A DNA stretch of 63,713 bases, counting the filler, from Lenisia limosa (taxonomy: Eukaryota > Protista > Breviatea): assembly GCA_001655205.1 (NCBI GenBank). It is 19 parts of 19 records of this genome, joined end to end, with 100 filler letters (N's around TTAATTAATTAA, not from the genome) between each part and the next. Parts side by side here need not be neighbours in the genome. Positions count along the whole stretch, not along the records: positions 50,573 to 56,635 come from LPNZ01006442.1; positions 56,736 to 60,201 come from LPNZ01002433.1; positions 60,302 to 61,448 come from LPNZ01002438.1; positions 61,549 to 63,713 come from LPNZ01004211.1; 15 more parts are not named here. One strand, written 5' to 3'. The notes under the pieces are model-generated. The model was not told where the DNA came from, ran no database searches, and was given only the letters and a program-made list of their open reading frames with translations. Within the stretch, counting starts at the first letter, position 1. Each line of letters starts with the position of its first letter. Below are positions 52,474 to 63,713 of the stretch, piece after piece. The position numbers and the translations under genes were made by a program.

Positions 52474-54863
52474 ATGGGCCACGCCAGGACCCTTGCTGAG
52501 GCAATTAAGCCCAGTTTGGACACAGATACTGTATTTCGAACACGAAGAGGTGGGTACCTTATCGACTTCCACATGATATATGATCGATTGTAGTTACTCT
52601 TTATTTTGATGCTGATTTTTAAAGTTATAAATTTTTTATTTCAATTTGATGCTATTTGCTTTATATCCCACTTTTCTACCCCCCCCCCCCCNNNNNNNNN
52701 NNNNNNNNNNNNNNNNNNNNNNNNNNNNNNNNNNNNNNNNNNNNNNNNNNNNNNNNNNNNNNNNNNNNNNNNNNNNNNNNNNNNNNNNNNNNNNNNNNNN
52801 NNNNNNNNNNNNNNNNNNNNNNNNNNNNNNNNCCAATGAGCCGTCCTTGGGTCTTTTCCGCGTGCAGCAGCACATCCACCGAACATTGCCACAAATCGTG
52901 TCATTCAAGGTTTGGTTTTTTATGGGGAAATTGTTGATAAATCACAAACAGTTGAAGGATAGGTTATTAAAGGAATTTGAGTATTGCCATTCTTTCTGTA
53001 TCCAATTTCAGTGTTACTAATCCCGTCAGCACCGAATGATAGAGTCGACCGAGGACATTAAAGAAGGCATTGTGGATCTGAGTAGGCTGACAGGTCTTAT
53101 CATGATGATGGGATTACAAATAACCAAAAAGACCTTCTAGGGCTCTCTCGTTGACCCTTTAGAATACTCACAGGACATGGTCACCTCCCTCATGAAAGAG
53201 GAGGCATTCACAACCCCCCTTGCTGAGACAAAAAAGGCACTCGATGCTGTTCGGAGATTGTGGGTGACTAGATGTAAACTTATGAAATTTTTATTAGTAA
53301 TAAGTACTTTCCATTTCACAAATTATGCTTATTCTGTTTATATTTAACAGACTGGATCTTTCTGTTCTCCATCAAGGTGATGCTTTTGTAGCATATTTTA
53401 CTGACTTTCCAGACCGAACCTCTCCAAGCCTGCCAGCTCTTTGGTGAGGGTTGTTTTGGGACTGTTTTTTGCCTGATAGATGATATCCCATCACTATTAT
53501 ATTTTTTGTTTTGAGACAAAGTTGATGGAAACTCAGTGCTTTAGTTCGAATTATACTAAGTAAAACAATGAAGGGGTTTTGGCGCACTAGAACACCGTAT
53601 GTTTTCCATTATATTTCTTCAAATTAGTTTGCCTTTCTGAAACTACCGTTAAAATGTTCCACTGTTTCTTCAACCCCTTATATTAACCTTACTGCCAGAT
53701 TATCCATCAACTCCAATCGTACTCCCTCCCATAACCATTTTCAGGATGCGAGTTCAAAAGCTTCAGCACCAGCCCCTCCTGGGGTACCTGGTATGTAGCC
53801 TTGCTTCTCTTTCTTAGGCATAATCTAATCCATATCTTTCTCATATGGCGATGTGGGTGTCTTATTTTTTGACCCATTATTTTGTTTTTCTTGCCAACCT
53901 GATTTCCATGCGGGATCTCATTATTTCACTCTTTAGCTGAAAAGGAAGTTGACAATGCTGAGGTCAGTGGTGACAGTGTCCAAGAAGAAGAGACAATAGA
54001 GGCTCACCTAGAAGAGGAAAAAGTAGTAAAAGAACAGAAGATTTTGGTTGATGAAGAGAAAAAGACAAGTGACGATGATGAGCCAAAGGAAAATGAGATT
54101 ATTGGGGAGGAGGAACAAGAGAATGTCACCTGTGAGAACGAGAAGAGTGAAAGTGAATATGGGGTTCAAAAGGAAGAAGTTCAGGGTGAAGAAAATGAAG
54201 ACAAGGAAGAGCAGGTGGAAGAAGAAGAAAGCAAAGAAGAAGGAAAAGAGGGGACACATGAAGTCACAAAAGAAGAGAGAAGAGAAGATGAGAGCAAAGA
54301 GGTGCATGTTGAAAAAGTAGGAAAGGAGGAAGATGTGAAAGAAGAAGTATCAATTGAGAAAATGGAAGATGATAAAGAAGAACAGAAAACAAAAGCTGAG
54401 GAAGACGACAAAACAGAAGTGAAAGAGGAACCTCCAGTGGAGGATACTGAAAGAGAAGTCAAAGATGAGAAACCAGAAGGGGAAGAACCAATTTCAAATG
54501 AACCCGAAGATTTGATACCTGCAGGTGAGTGCTTTTTATTTGAATCAAATGCCTTTTTTNNNNNNNNNNNNNNNNNNNNNNNNNNNNNNNNNNNNNNNNN
54601 NNNNNNNNNNNNNNNNNNNNNNNNNNNNNNNNNNNNNNNNNNNNNNNNNNNNNNNNNNNNNNNNNNNNNNNNNNNNNNNNNNNNNNNNNNNNNNNNNNNN
54701 NNNNNNNNNNNNNNNNNNNNGTTCCTAATAAAATTATTACAATGCCAGGTCACTGGCTGGACTACTTTAAAGACTATTTGACCTTGTAGAATTAGTGTCA
54801 CCGAAGAAGAAGCGAAGGAAGAAGGCCAAGAAGGAGTCTTTTGCGTTTAAGTCTTTTGAATGA
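52474..54863 (+). CDS. BORCS8: BORCS8/MEF2BNB-like protein with long acidic C-terminal extension
   Basis: Exon ANEPSLGLFRVQQHIHRTLPQIVSFK matches BORCS8 ANEPS.ALYR.QEH.R..LP. A phase-consistent chain continues through an E/K-rich exon (~53938-54524) to KKKRRKKAKKESFAFKSFE* (TGA 54861-54863). An N gap lies at 54560-54720. Confidence 0.6.
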
Positions 54864-54942
54864 AGCTTCCCGTGCTCTATTTTTGGTGCAAATCTGAGTT
54901 TACTCCTTCCCAGATAGCTGAATCGGGGAGGAACGCAGAAAG

Positions 54943-55400
54943 TTATGCAGGGCAAATGGCTTCCTCACACATGAGAACCGAGGACCACAAGCCACGTATG
55001 ATGTTCATACTGTGAATGAGATATGTAGTGTCTAAGCTAAATGTTGACATATCATTGCGGCTTGCTGGGAAGACAAGCGAAATGGCTTGATCGACTACTG
55101 GTTTGAGCAAATTTACCCTGGAGGTACAAAATGCTAGATTTGCAACGGTATTTACCACATTCGGAGTGACGTCAACTGAGGTTGTATATTACATATCCTT
55201 GTGGTTACACCAGGGACCTTTAGTGCGGGCAAGGGTAGGTGCTGAGTGAAGTCTCCGCAGACTTGTAAAGCAACATTAGCAGGAACACCGGTCAGTCATG
55301 TGCAACACTTGTTGAGTGGAAGTGATGGAAGATGCTGAGCTTTCCGTATCCACTGCGTCCAACTATCATTTAATCGAGGAGGGGGGGTATAATCTGTTGA
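54943..55400 (-). CDS. Possible unknown multi-exon gene, 3' part
   Basis: Open exon-like segments (VDVTPNVVNTVANLAFC...) have AG/GT ends, but I could not fully reconcile the phases. Confidence 0.3.
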
Positions 55401-55663
55401 AGTATCCCACGCCTCAACAAAACAAGAGCACCAACAAACAAAACAACACATTTCCTCCTTGATTCTCAGTTGTGCAGGCAGAGCCAGAGCCACAACAACT
55501 GGCAAACTGACTGAACAGTGACTGAGTAACTTTGTTGAGCCGAAAAAACTGGAGAAACCACAGTTACCAAAACCCAAAACAGGAAACAAAAGAAAGTGAT
55601 CCAGTGATCTGGGAAGTTTTGCAAGACAAAATTGTCCAAAAACATTTTTTTTTTTAGAAAAAA

Positions 55664-55735
55664 CGAGCACGGCAGGGATCGAACCTGCAGTCTCTTGATC
55701 CGTAGTCAAGCGCCTTTCCATTTGGCCACGCACCC
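55664..55735 (-). tRNA. tRNA-Arg: tRNA-Arg(ACG), intronless
   Basis: GGGTGCGTGGCCAAATGGAAAGGCGCTTGACTACGGATCAAGAGACTGCAGGTTCGATCCCTGCCGTGCTCG. Anticodon arm CTTGA-CT ACG GA-TCAAG, T arm GCAGG-TTCGATC-CCTGC, and a downstream T6 Pol III terminator. Confidence 0.95.
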
Positions 55736-56018
55736 GCTTAAAGAAATAGGGCAAAATTTATTGACGATATTAATCTTTTTTTGTGTTTTTTTTCAAAAAC
55801 CGCTTACCGTCACCAGCCCGTCGCCTTTCGTCAGCTGGTCCCCCCCTATTTAAAGTGTTTTTTTTCTTTTCTTTCTTTTCCATCGGTTATCAGTTGGTCA
55901 TTTCCTCTATCCCTAATTTCCTAATTCCGCTCAGCAGCTCAACCAACAACCCCCCCTCCACACCTCATAAACACATTACGTCCGATAGAATATAATACGC
56001 TACAAAGGTTCATTCAAG

Positions 56019-56392
56019 ATGGGAGTCAATGCAAGTGATACTGTTTCTGTTTCTAAAGGTGAGAGGGGTAATCTGATATCGTGCTGGAAGCGCAGGAGGC
56101 GTATATAATGCACTTCCCTCATTTTAGTTTTTGATTATTATTGACATTGTCAGCCTTCTCGCTGGTACTTCGACATAAGGCAAAGTCAATGGGGCTCACC
56201 ATGGATGATGCTGGGTATATGGGGCCGGGCTTCTTTTGAACTTATAATATTACTATGACATGTATTTCTGTCCCCATTTCTCTGATTGTCTCCTAGATAT
56301 GTCTTAGTAGAAGACTTGTTATCTCTCAAAATGTTCAAAGGAGTAACTGAAGACAAACTGAGGGAAGTTGTAACCACCAATGTCAAACAAAG
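56019..56392 (+). CDS. TPT1: tRNA 2'-phosphotransferase Tpt1/KptA, first three exons
   Basis: Exons 56019-56058, 56154-56214 and 56297-56392 give MGVNASDTVSVSKAFSLVLRHKAKSMGLTMDDAGYVLVEDLL..LREVVTTNVKQR, matching SKALS..LRH.A...GL.M..DG.V...LL...VV..N.KQR. Confidence 0.92.
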
Positions 56393-56972
56393 GTGAGATG
56401 GAGAACCGGGGAGGGGTACATATATAGCTAGTATACGTCATAGGTGACCCCCCAAAACCGCGAGCACTACCGAAACCGCGAGCGCTTTTTGAAAATACTG
56501 ATTTTTATTAGAAAAAAACTCAAAATTTAACCCTGTAAAAGAGAGATACGTTTTAAAATATAAAATGTTCATTCTTACACTCAGTTCCTTGTTGAATCAA
56601 TAATTGAGATACATTTCACTAATATTGCACAGAATNNNNNNNNNNNNNNNNNNNNNNNNNNNNNNNNNNNNNNNNNNNNTTAATTAATTAANNNNNNNNN
56701 NNNNNNNNNNNNNNNNNNNNNNNNNNNNNNNNNNNGGGGGGCGGGGGGATTTACTGTGCGAAGTTGGGTTGGGAAGACATATAATTCAAATGCGTATTTG
56801 ATTTTGAAGATATTGATTTCAAATGATTATATATGATTTTGAAGAAATATAATTCAAATGCGTATATGTTATGAAGCCAAGATTTCAAAAGCAAAAAATG
56901 CGTTGTCGGCCAACAGAGGTGATTTGGGCTTTTTTTTTTTCTCTTAAATTTTCCAATTTTACTCCACCCCAG

Positions 56973-58878
56973 AACCTGCCAAAGACATTTGCAAGCGCCA
57001 CGTCACCGTTCTTCTCCTGTATCTCGGAAGACGCCTTTCCTGTGACCGAGTCACTGGTGAGAGGGGGCTTGTGTTTTCACTATACGTTGTCATCCCACCT
57101 TCAATGCACATACACGCATCACTCAGACTCCTCCCACCTTCAATGCACATCAAAAATACGCTCTCTCACCATACATACAGTGGCTGTGGATAAGTCTTGA
57201 CCAATTTGTTCTATGATTTCCAAAGGAGAATCGGTCAAAACTTATACTGTTTACTGTACATTACGCCACCATACACACATAAATACCCCCGCTTATACCC
57301 TACTCCACTACCATCCCCATCTGCCCGTTATAATACAATACATACTTATGGGATGCGGTGCCTGTGCTTGGTTTTTTTTTTTGTTGTTGTTGTTGTTATC
57401 AACCCTGTCAGCCAACAGATTTGGGCTTTTGTATTTCATAAATTTTCCACCTCAACACTATTTAGCTTGCGGCAGGATTCTCCCCTCTCCATCAGTCAAA
57501 ATCCCATAATAATGAGACTCGTAAGCAGGATTTCACTTCAGTTCAAAAAAGACTGGTACAACACCATAGTTTTTGAGGAATTATCCACAAATTCAGTCTT
57601 TTAAGTGATACTCGTGAGCCCTTTTCCCATTATTAACATGAGAACCCGATGTAATTGTTGGAAATCTGAAGAAATTTATGGGATTCCCAAATACTCCGCG
57701 AGAATTCCACTTTTTGCCTCATTTTCACGCATATGAACTATCTTTTTTCACTAGTGATTTGTTAACCCATATCCACTTGTGATAGGATCATGTGACCGAC
57801 TTACGAGGCAAAACGATGAATGAAGATAGCATGAGGGTGTATCACGAGTGTATCAGAGTATCATTGTTTATACATGATAGTGTGGACGGCTTCAGCCAGA
57901 TACAAACAACCTTGTTATTCCCTTCTCTATTTTATATTATGTTCAATTTAACTCCATTACAACAGCCCTCCATATGGCCGCCCGACACCCAACACCCAAC
58001 CACTTGGAGGCCCTTTTAGCCTCGGTCCAACTGCATGAGGTCGATACCGCACCGAAATCCGTGGGCTTCTACGACTTTACACATATGATATACTTTTTAT
58101 GACTTGAAATCTCTTGGTACTGTTATCCTTTTCTATTCTGATTATAATCTGTTTTTCTGACTTGTGCGACTTGTTTGTCTTTTGGTGATTCGCTATTTTG
58201 TGGTTTGATTGAGGTGAAACTGCCTGGAATTATGTGGTTGCGTGCCCTGTTTTATTATTTATTATCCTTTGTTTTTTTGTGACCTATAAAAGACTGAATT
58301 TCTCGATATATCCTCATGAATCCTCGATAAATATCGATCCCTATCATCGCCACCATTCACACCCCGTACCCCCAGTATTTTATGACATTTTCCATCCTGT
58401 GATGTTCTGTATACCCCCACCCTTCTCCACTGCTCCACCTCTCCCCCTCCCCCTTATCCCCCCAGGGCATGACGGCTCTAATGGTGGCAGTGCAATCAGG
58501 ACTCATTAACAACGTCAAGTTGCTTATGAATAAGGTGAGACGCTTCAGCCTATCATTAACACTTGGGGGGGGGGGGGTNNNNNNNNNNNNNNNNNNNNNN
58601 NNNNNNNNNNNNNNNNNNNNNNNNNNNNNNNNNNNNNNNNNNNNNNNNNNNNNNNNNNNNNNNNNNNNNNNNNNNNNNNNNNNNNNNNNNNNNNNNNNNN
58701 NNNNNNNNNNNNNNNNNNNNNNNNNNNNNNNNNNNNNNNNNNNNNNNNNNNNNNNNNNNNNNNNNNNNNNNNNNNNNNNNNNNNNNNNNNNNNNNNNNNN
58801 NNNNNNNNNNNNNNNNNNNNNNNNNNNNNNNNNNNNNNNNNNNNNNNNNATCAGGATTGCGGCATCCAAATCTCCAGG
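56973..58878 (+). CDS. Ankyrin-repeat protein, fragment
   Basis: Exons ALHMAARH..HLEALL (~57965-58040) and GMTALMVAVQSGLINNVKLLMNK (~58465-58533). Confidence 0.75.
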
Positions 58879-61548
58879 TAACTTGGTGTCTGTCCTTTTT
58901 CGTCTCTCTCAACCCCCCGTTCTCCTCTCACTATATCTCACTCTCTCTCCCTCTTTCCCAATTTGTTTTCCCTTAGTGGGATTTCAAGTTCCAGAGAAGA
59001 AAGTGCGTTCACAATACCTCTACAATATGTCTCCCTCGTCACTCCTACCTTAATGTATTAAGCGAGTCCACTTAAATTGCGAAAACAATGTTTTTTGAAT
59101 TTTTCGTCCTAAAAAAATAAAAATGAAAANNNNNNNNNNNNNNNNNNNNNNNNNNNNNNNNNNNNNNNNNNNNNNNNNNNNNNNNNNNNNNNNNNNNNNN
59201 NNNNNNNNNNNNNNNNNNNNNNNNNNNNNNNNNNNNNNNNNNNNNNNNNNNNNNNNNNNNNNNNNNNNNNNNNNNNNNNNNNNNNNNNNNNNNNNNNNNN
59301 NNNNNNNNNNNNNNNNNNNNNNNNNNNNNNNNNNNNNNNNNNNNNNNNNNNNNNNNNNNNNNNNNNNNNNNNNNNNNNNNNNNNNNNNNNNNNNNNNNNN
59401 NNNNNNNNNNNNNNNNNNNNNNNNNNNNNNNNNNNNNNNNNNNNNNNNNNNNNNNTACCTCCAGCCATCTTAATATGATCGACATAAGATACCCTTTTAA
59501 CTGATCTTATAAAAGTGTGACTTTCTAGTATTCCCCAGTCTGTTCAAAGCCGCTGACAGCCAAGTAGTTCTGTTCTTTCTTTTTTTGTGTGAATTTAGTG
59601 TTGTATTAATTTATTGAGGGAGTTAATGTTAATGTCATATATCCGAACATATATTATACTCATATACTTTGGGTCAAAATTTTTTACTTTTGAATTTAAA
59701 TGAATCTTGTTCTCTTTTTGTTCTCTTGATCTCAAACTTTTCAATCAAAATCAATCACGCGACACTCGTTTACTTTCCGAGCCAGGTTTTGGAACTATAA
59801 CCCTTTAAGATTGAACTGGGAATTTTATTACACTCAGTTACCTTTCATCTTCACCCTAAATCCGATCCTCCTAACCCTTCGCACAAAACAATAAATAAAT
59901 AGAAAATTAAGACACTTAGTTGTCGAGAGGCACACCACAAATAGACTCCACATCCTGGAACGTTATGTGGGGTGGAGGGAAGAAAGGCAATTGGAAATAA
60001 CCATGTCAATTTCAAGACTGTCGTAGTGGTAACCATGTAACCATGGAAATTCCGGGAAACACAAAATTACCCTGAAAATTAACTCTGCCGATAAATGTCG
60101 GTATTTTAACGGTCTTTTCGGACACGGGAAGCCCTAGTTACATTGAACGTAATATGGTATTTCAAGAATACTATCAAGCCTTGACCCTCCCCCCCCCCCC
60201 CNNNNNNNNNNNNNNNNNNNNNNNNNNNNNNNNNNNNNNNNNNNNTTAATTAATTAANNNNNNNNNNNNNNNNNNNNNNNNNNNNNNNNNNNNNNNNNNN
60301 NAGGAGGAGGGGGTCAGAACATGAATGTAAATGTATCAATTAATTCAGGAAGAAAAATGAGCGAGGTTTGAGGAGTATGAAGGGCTAGGAGAGGGTAACA
60401 ACAAACACAATACAACGCAATTTCCCATCTCTCTTCCAAGCAATTTAACTCAAATTTCCACAGGCTGCCTCCCTCAGCTCATGGGGAATTTGACAAGGTT
60501 TTTACGAACGTTGCAGGCGCCATTGTGAAGTTGGCGGGGGTGATACACCATAATTCAGCAATTGGGGATATTTAATTTATAAAGTAGGGTTGTCATTTCA
60601 CATTCAGGTGCTTCAAGACTGACTTGTGCTTTTTTTGTGTTGTTGTTTTCAACTCGTGTGTTTGCTTGCCAACAGAGTTGACTGTTGTTATATAACAGTC
60701 AACGTTACCCCCCTAACGCATACAGGGAAAGAGGCCTTGTTCCAAGCCAATTAAAGGGGCTCCTGTTTGTCGATATCGATCTACTGGCTTTGTGGGAGAG
60801 GATATACTCTTTCTAATTGTTCTTTTTTTTTGTTCTGGGGTTGGGGTATTGTACTTGAGACAGCTCAGTGAGTGTGGGGTGGCTGTGTTTTGATGTTTTT
60901 TTAGAGTACTAATCTCCGTCTAGCCCGGGTATTCCCCCGGGTACTGCTCTGCCGCCTCCACCCCCCAAGATCTCAAGATCAGGCTCCTTTGGCGGGTCCA
61001 CACACAAGCTGTCAAGCTGTATGATGGGGAAGGATGGCTTTATTATTCTGCTGTTGAGTATCCATAAGGTTTTGTTGTATTTTTATATTATTCTATCATA
61101 GAGATATTATTGTTTTTTTGAAAGATTTGTATTCTAATGTCAGGCTAATTAATACTACTATTTGTCAGGTGGCTCTGTTTATTATTTTGACATATTTATG
61201 TTCTATTTTCAATTCACGGAAATGATCAGGTTATTTAATACTACTCTATCAACTAATATTACCCAAATAGCTTGAAAGGGTTCTGACATACACTACCTTT
61301 ACCAATTCTCCGTTTTTCATATGTTCCTATGATTCTTCTCCCATTCCCACATTCACCCGGGAGCGCCGTATCTAATCTAGACATTTACACCTTGTAGATC
61401 TCTCAGCGTTTACCCTCAATAATATGTACATACATACATACTTGTATGNNNNNNNNNNNNNNNNNNNNNNNNNNNNNNNNNNNNNNNNNNNNTTAATTAA
61501 TTAANNNNNNNNNNNNNNNNNNNNNNNNNNNNNNNNNNNNNNNNNNNN

Positions 61549-63537
61549 ATGGTGTTCAAATCAAGAGGTATTGCGTATGGTGAGCGTAATTGTGTACTTT
61601 TTATGCTTCATTTTCTCGATATTGTTCATTTCAAAACAGACAAGCCGTTCATCCAGCTCGCATCAGCTTTACTCCAACAGCGACCTTGTATCTCCTCGAA
61701 ATGGTGGGGGAATGAGGGAGTGTTGCAGTAATTATCAAAGGATGAGATGGATGTTTGGTTTCAGCTCATTTTTTGTAATTTAAGACCCATTATTCGCTAA
61801 CATCGTAGACATGAAGCCCCCTCTCCCGCCACAGTCGCCGCTGAAGTCTTTTGAGGAACAACCTGCCAAGCAAAGCAGACGCAGGTTCTTCTTCAGGTCG
61901 GGGGGGGGGGTACAATTGGAAAATTATGAAACAAAAAAAAAAGCCCAAAATCAACTCTGTCCAACACACGAGTAACAACANNNNNNNNNNNNNNNNNNNN
62001 NNNNNNNNNNNNNNNNNNNNNNNNNNNNNNNNNNNNNNNNNNNATATATTTGGGGGATACTATCCATTTCCACATTCACACAGCAGGTCGCGAAAAAGCT
62101 CAGGACAGCTATTTCCCCCCTCGTAAGCATGGAGCAAGATTTGCCACCAATTCTCTTGTGATTTGTGACATGGAGGAGATTGGAATCTTATTGATATTAT
62201 AGCATACTGGGGTGGATGGCTTCGGTCAGATACAACCTTGTTTTATTTCTCATTTCTATACATTGTTTCTGGGTTTTAAATTTGGTTTTTTTTTAAAAAA
62301 AAATTGAACTGTAGTCAACTGAGTTGTTGTTTTATTGAGGAGCTTGTTAGGGAATATTAGACGCCATTATCCTTCACCTCCACAGACCCACACCCTCGTC
62401 CGTTCAGATGCTGCTGGAAAACGACGCCCCGTCACCGTCCATCGAAATTCCGACTTCGCACACCGCGTCCCTCACCACTCCGAGGGCCGAGTGGTCACCA
62501 ATCGGTTGGGGGGATAGCTAGGGTAATTTCAGGAGTTTTTTTTGTGAAACTCAATTGTTCACAATTTTTTTGCGAAAATAATCGTTTTTTATCTATTGTA
62601 TTGCTCAATGTTGACCCCCCTCCCTCCACACAGCGGAAAATAGCTTCAGCCCGCCTCTCGAAATGGACTTTAGCGACAACTCGGGCGAATTCAACTGCCA
62701 GTGGGGGGTGAGATGACGTGTAATTTTTTGGAATTTCAAGGGGGTGAAAAGGCCCTTCCAGAAACTCAAATTTTAAATGGAGAGGGGGGTACATTTCACT
62801 TGAGGTTAGGGCTTCACTTCGGTTTAAAAAGACCGGTAAAGTAGTTTTCGAGGAGTTGTCGAGAAATTCAGTCTTTTTTCGAACCAAAGTGAAGCCCTAC
62901 TGAGGTTCTATATAGACACAATTTAATTTTCTCTGTATCAAAAGCTGTGTACCACAAATCCATGGAAAAATCCTTATTAGCGGCCTGCTTTAATGCAGAC
63001 ACTAACTCTGCAGAACTGACCTTCCGGCTTTATCGAAGCACTTCAGCCAGATTTTAGCCGAGCATATTCGTCTGGAAGAAGAGGTTGAAATGTGTCGCAA
63101 TTGGGTGGGGGGTGTAGCGTGAGAGCTTTGTGTTTGAAGTAAGTCTCTATGAGGAATATAATATATGAGAATAATAAAACCACAGCCACCCAGCAAGTAG
63201 TAATACCAGCAAGTAATAATACCAGCAAGTAGTAATACCAATACCAGCAAGTAGTAATACTAGCAAGTAGTAATACCAGCAAGTAATAATACCAGCAAGT
63301 AGTAATACCAGCAAGTAATAATACCAGCAAGTAGTAATACCAGCAAGCAATAATACCAGCAAGTAGTAATACCAGCAAGTAATAATACCAGCAAGTAGTA
63401 ATACCAGCAAGTAGTACTACCAGCAAGTAGTAATACCAGCAAGTAGTAATACCCCCCTTAGGCGGTGGACCGAGAACAGAGATGGAAGAACGAAGAGCTG
63501 TCTTGGCTGGAATCGAAACTGTCATTGCAGCAAGAGG
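61549..63537 (+). CDS. Unknown multi-exon protein, fragment
   Basis: Several open GT-AG exons (PLFANIVDMKPPLPPQSPLK, DLPALSKHFSQILAEHIRLEEEVEMCRNW, AVDREQRWKNEELSWLE). No family recognised. Confidence 0.45.
63189..63452. repeat. 16-bp intronic minisatellite (ccagcaagtagtaata)n, ~16 copies
   Basis: Direct tandem array with alternating agtagt/agtaat variants, lying between a GT donor (~63103) and an AG acceptor (~63461). Confidence 0.95.
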
Positions 63538-63713
63538 TGCGTTTGCCTTCTACTATGTGGTACCTGTCACTTTACCGCTTTTGCTTCGTATTTAGCCACG
63601 CCCCGATTCCCATTTCACTGCTGGATTGGTCAAGATTAGTTCTGTGTATTATTTTTAATATTTGTTTTTCCGTGTATTTCCATGCTTTTATGTCAAAATC
63701 ATCACCTTTTATC

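Noticed and set aside
54181-54801. Ser-rich 206-aa minus-strand ORF
   Set aside because: It is the antisense shadow of the E/K-rich plus-strand exon.
63002-63525. ORFs encoding YYYLLVLLLAGITTC repeats
   Set aside because: These are translations of a 16-bp (non-triplet) minisatellite inside an intron of the opposite-strand gene.

Overview
This window is not one locus. It is 19 unrelated short draft scaffolds from an intron-dense eukaryote, probably a flagellated protist (taxon not assignable from sequence alone). They are joined by 18 artificial 100-nt spacers (N44-TTAATTAATTAA-N44), so adjacency across spacers means nothing. I saw no prokaryotic operon, CRISPR array or rRNA. Reading the short exons by hand gave these partial genes: a divergent Sir2-like protein, an MG-start TIR-TIR-WD40 protein, an NWE-motif ciliary inner protein, a LamG-domain protein, RBBP4, an M13 peptidase, two GCC2/GCC3 Cys-rich surface proteins, an EGF-like protein, MRG15/Eaf3, a protein with a triplicated helical domain, TTC4, a coiled-coil protein, a C-terminal J-domain protein, a kanadaptin-like FHA protein, a BORCS8-like protein, TPT1 and an ankyrin protein. 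There is also one tRNA-Arg(ACG). The introns hold roughly 70-80 copies of at least five short repeat families. The most unusual signal is splice-site geometry: introns tend to open with GT plus a G-run and close with a C-run plus AG. A ~90-bp repeat (family D) almost always has its C/G-run end against a splice site, in sense at acceptors and in antisense at donors. All exon models, copy counts and domain calls are by eye, with no database search.
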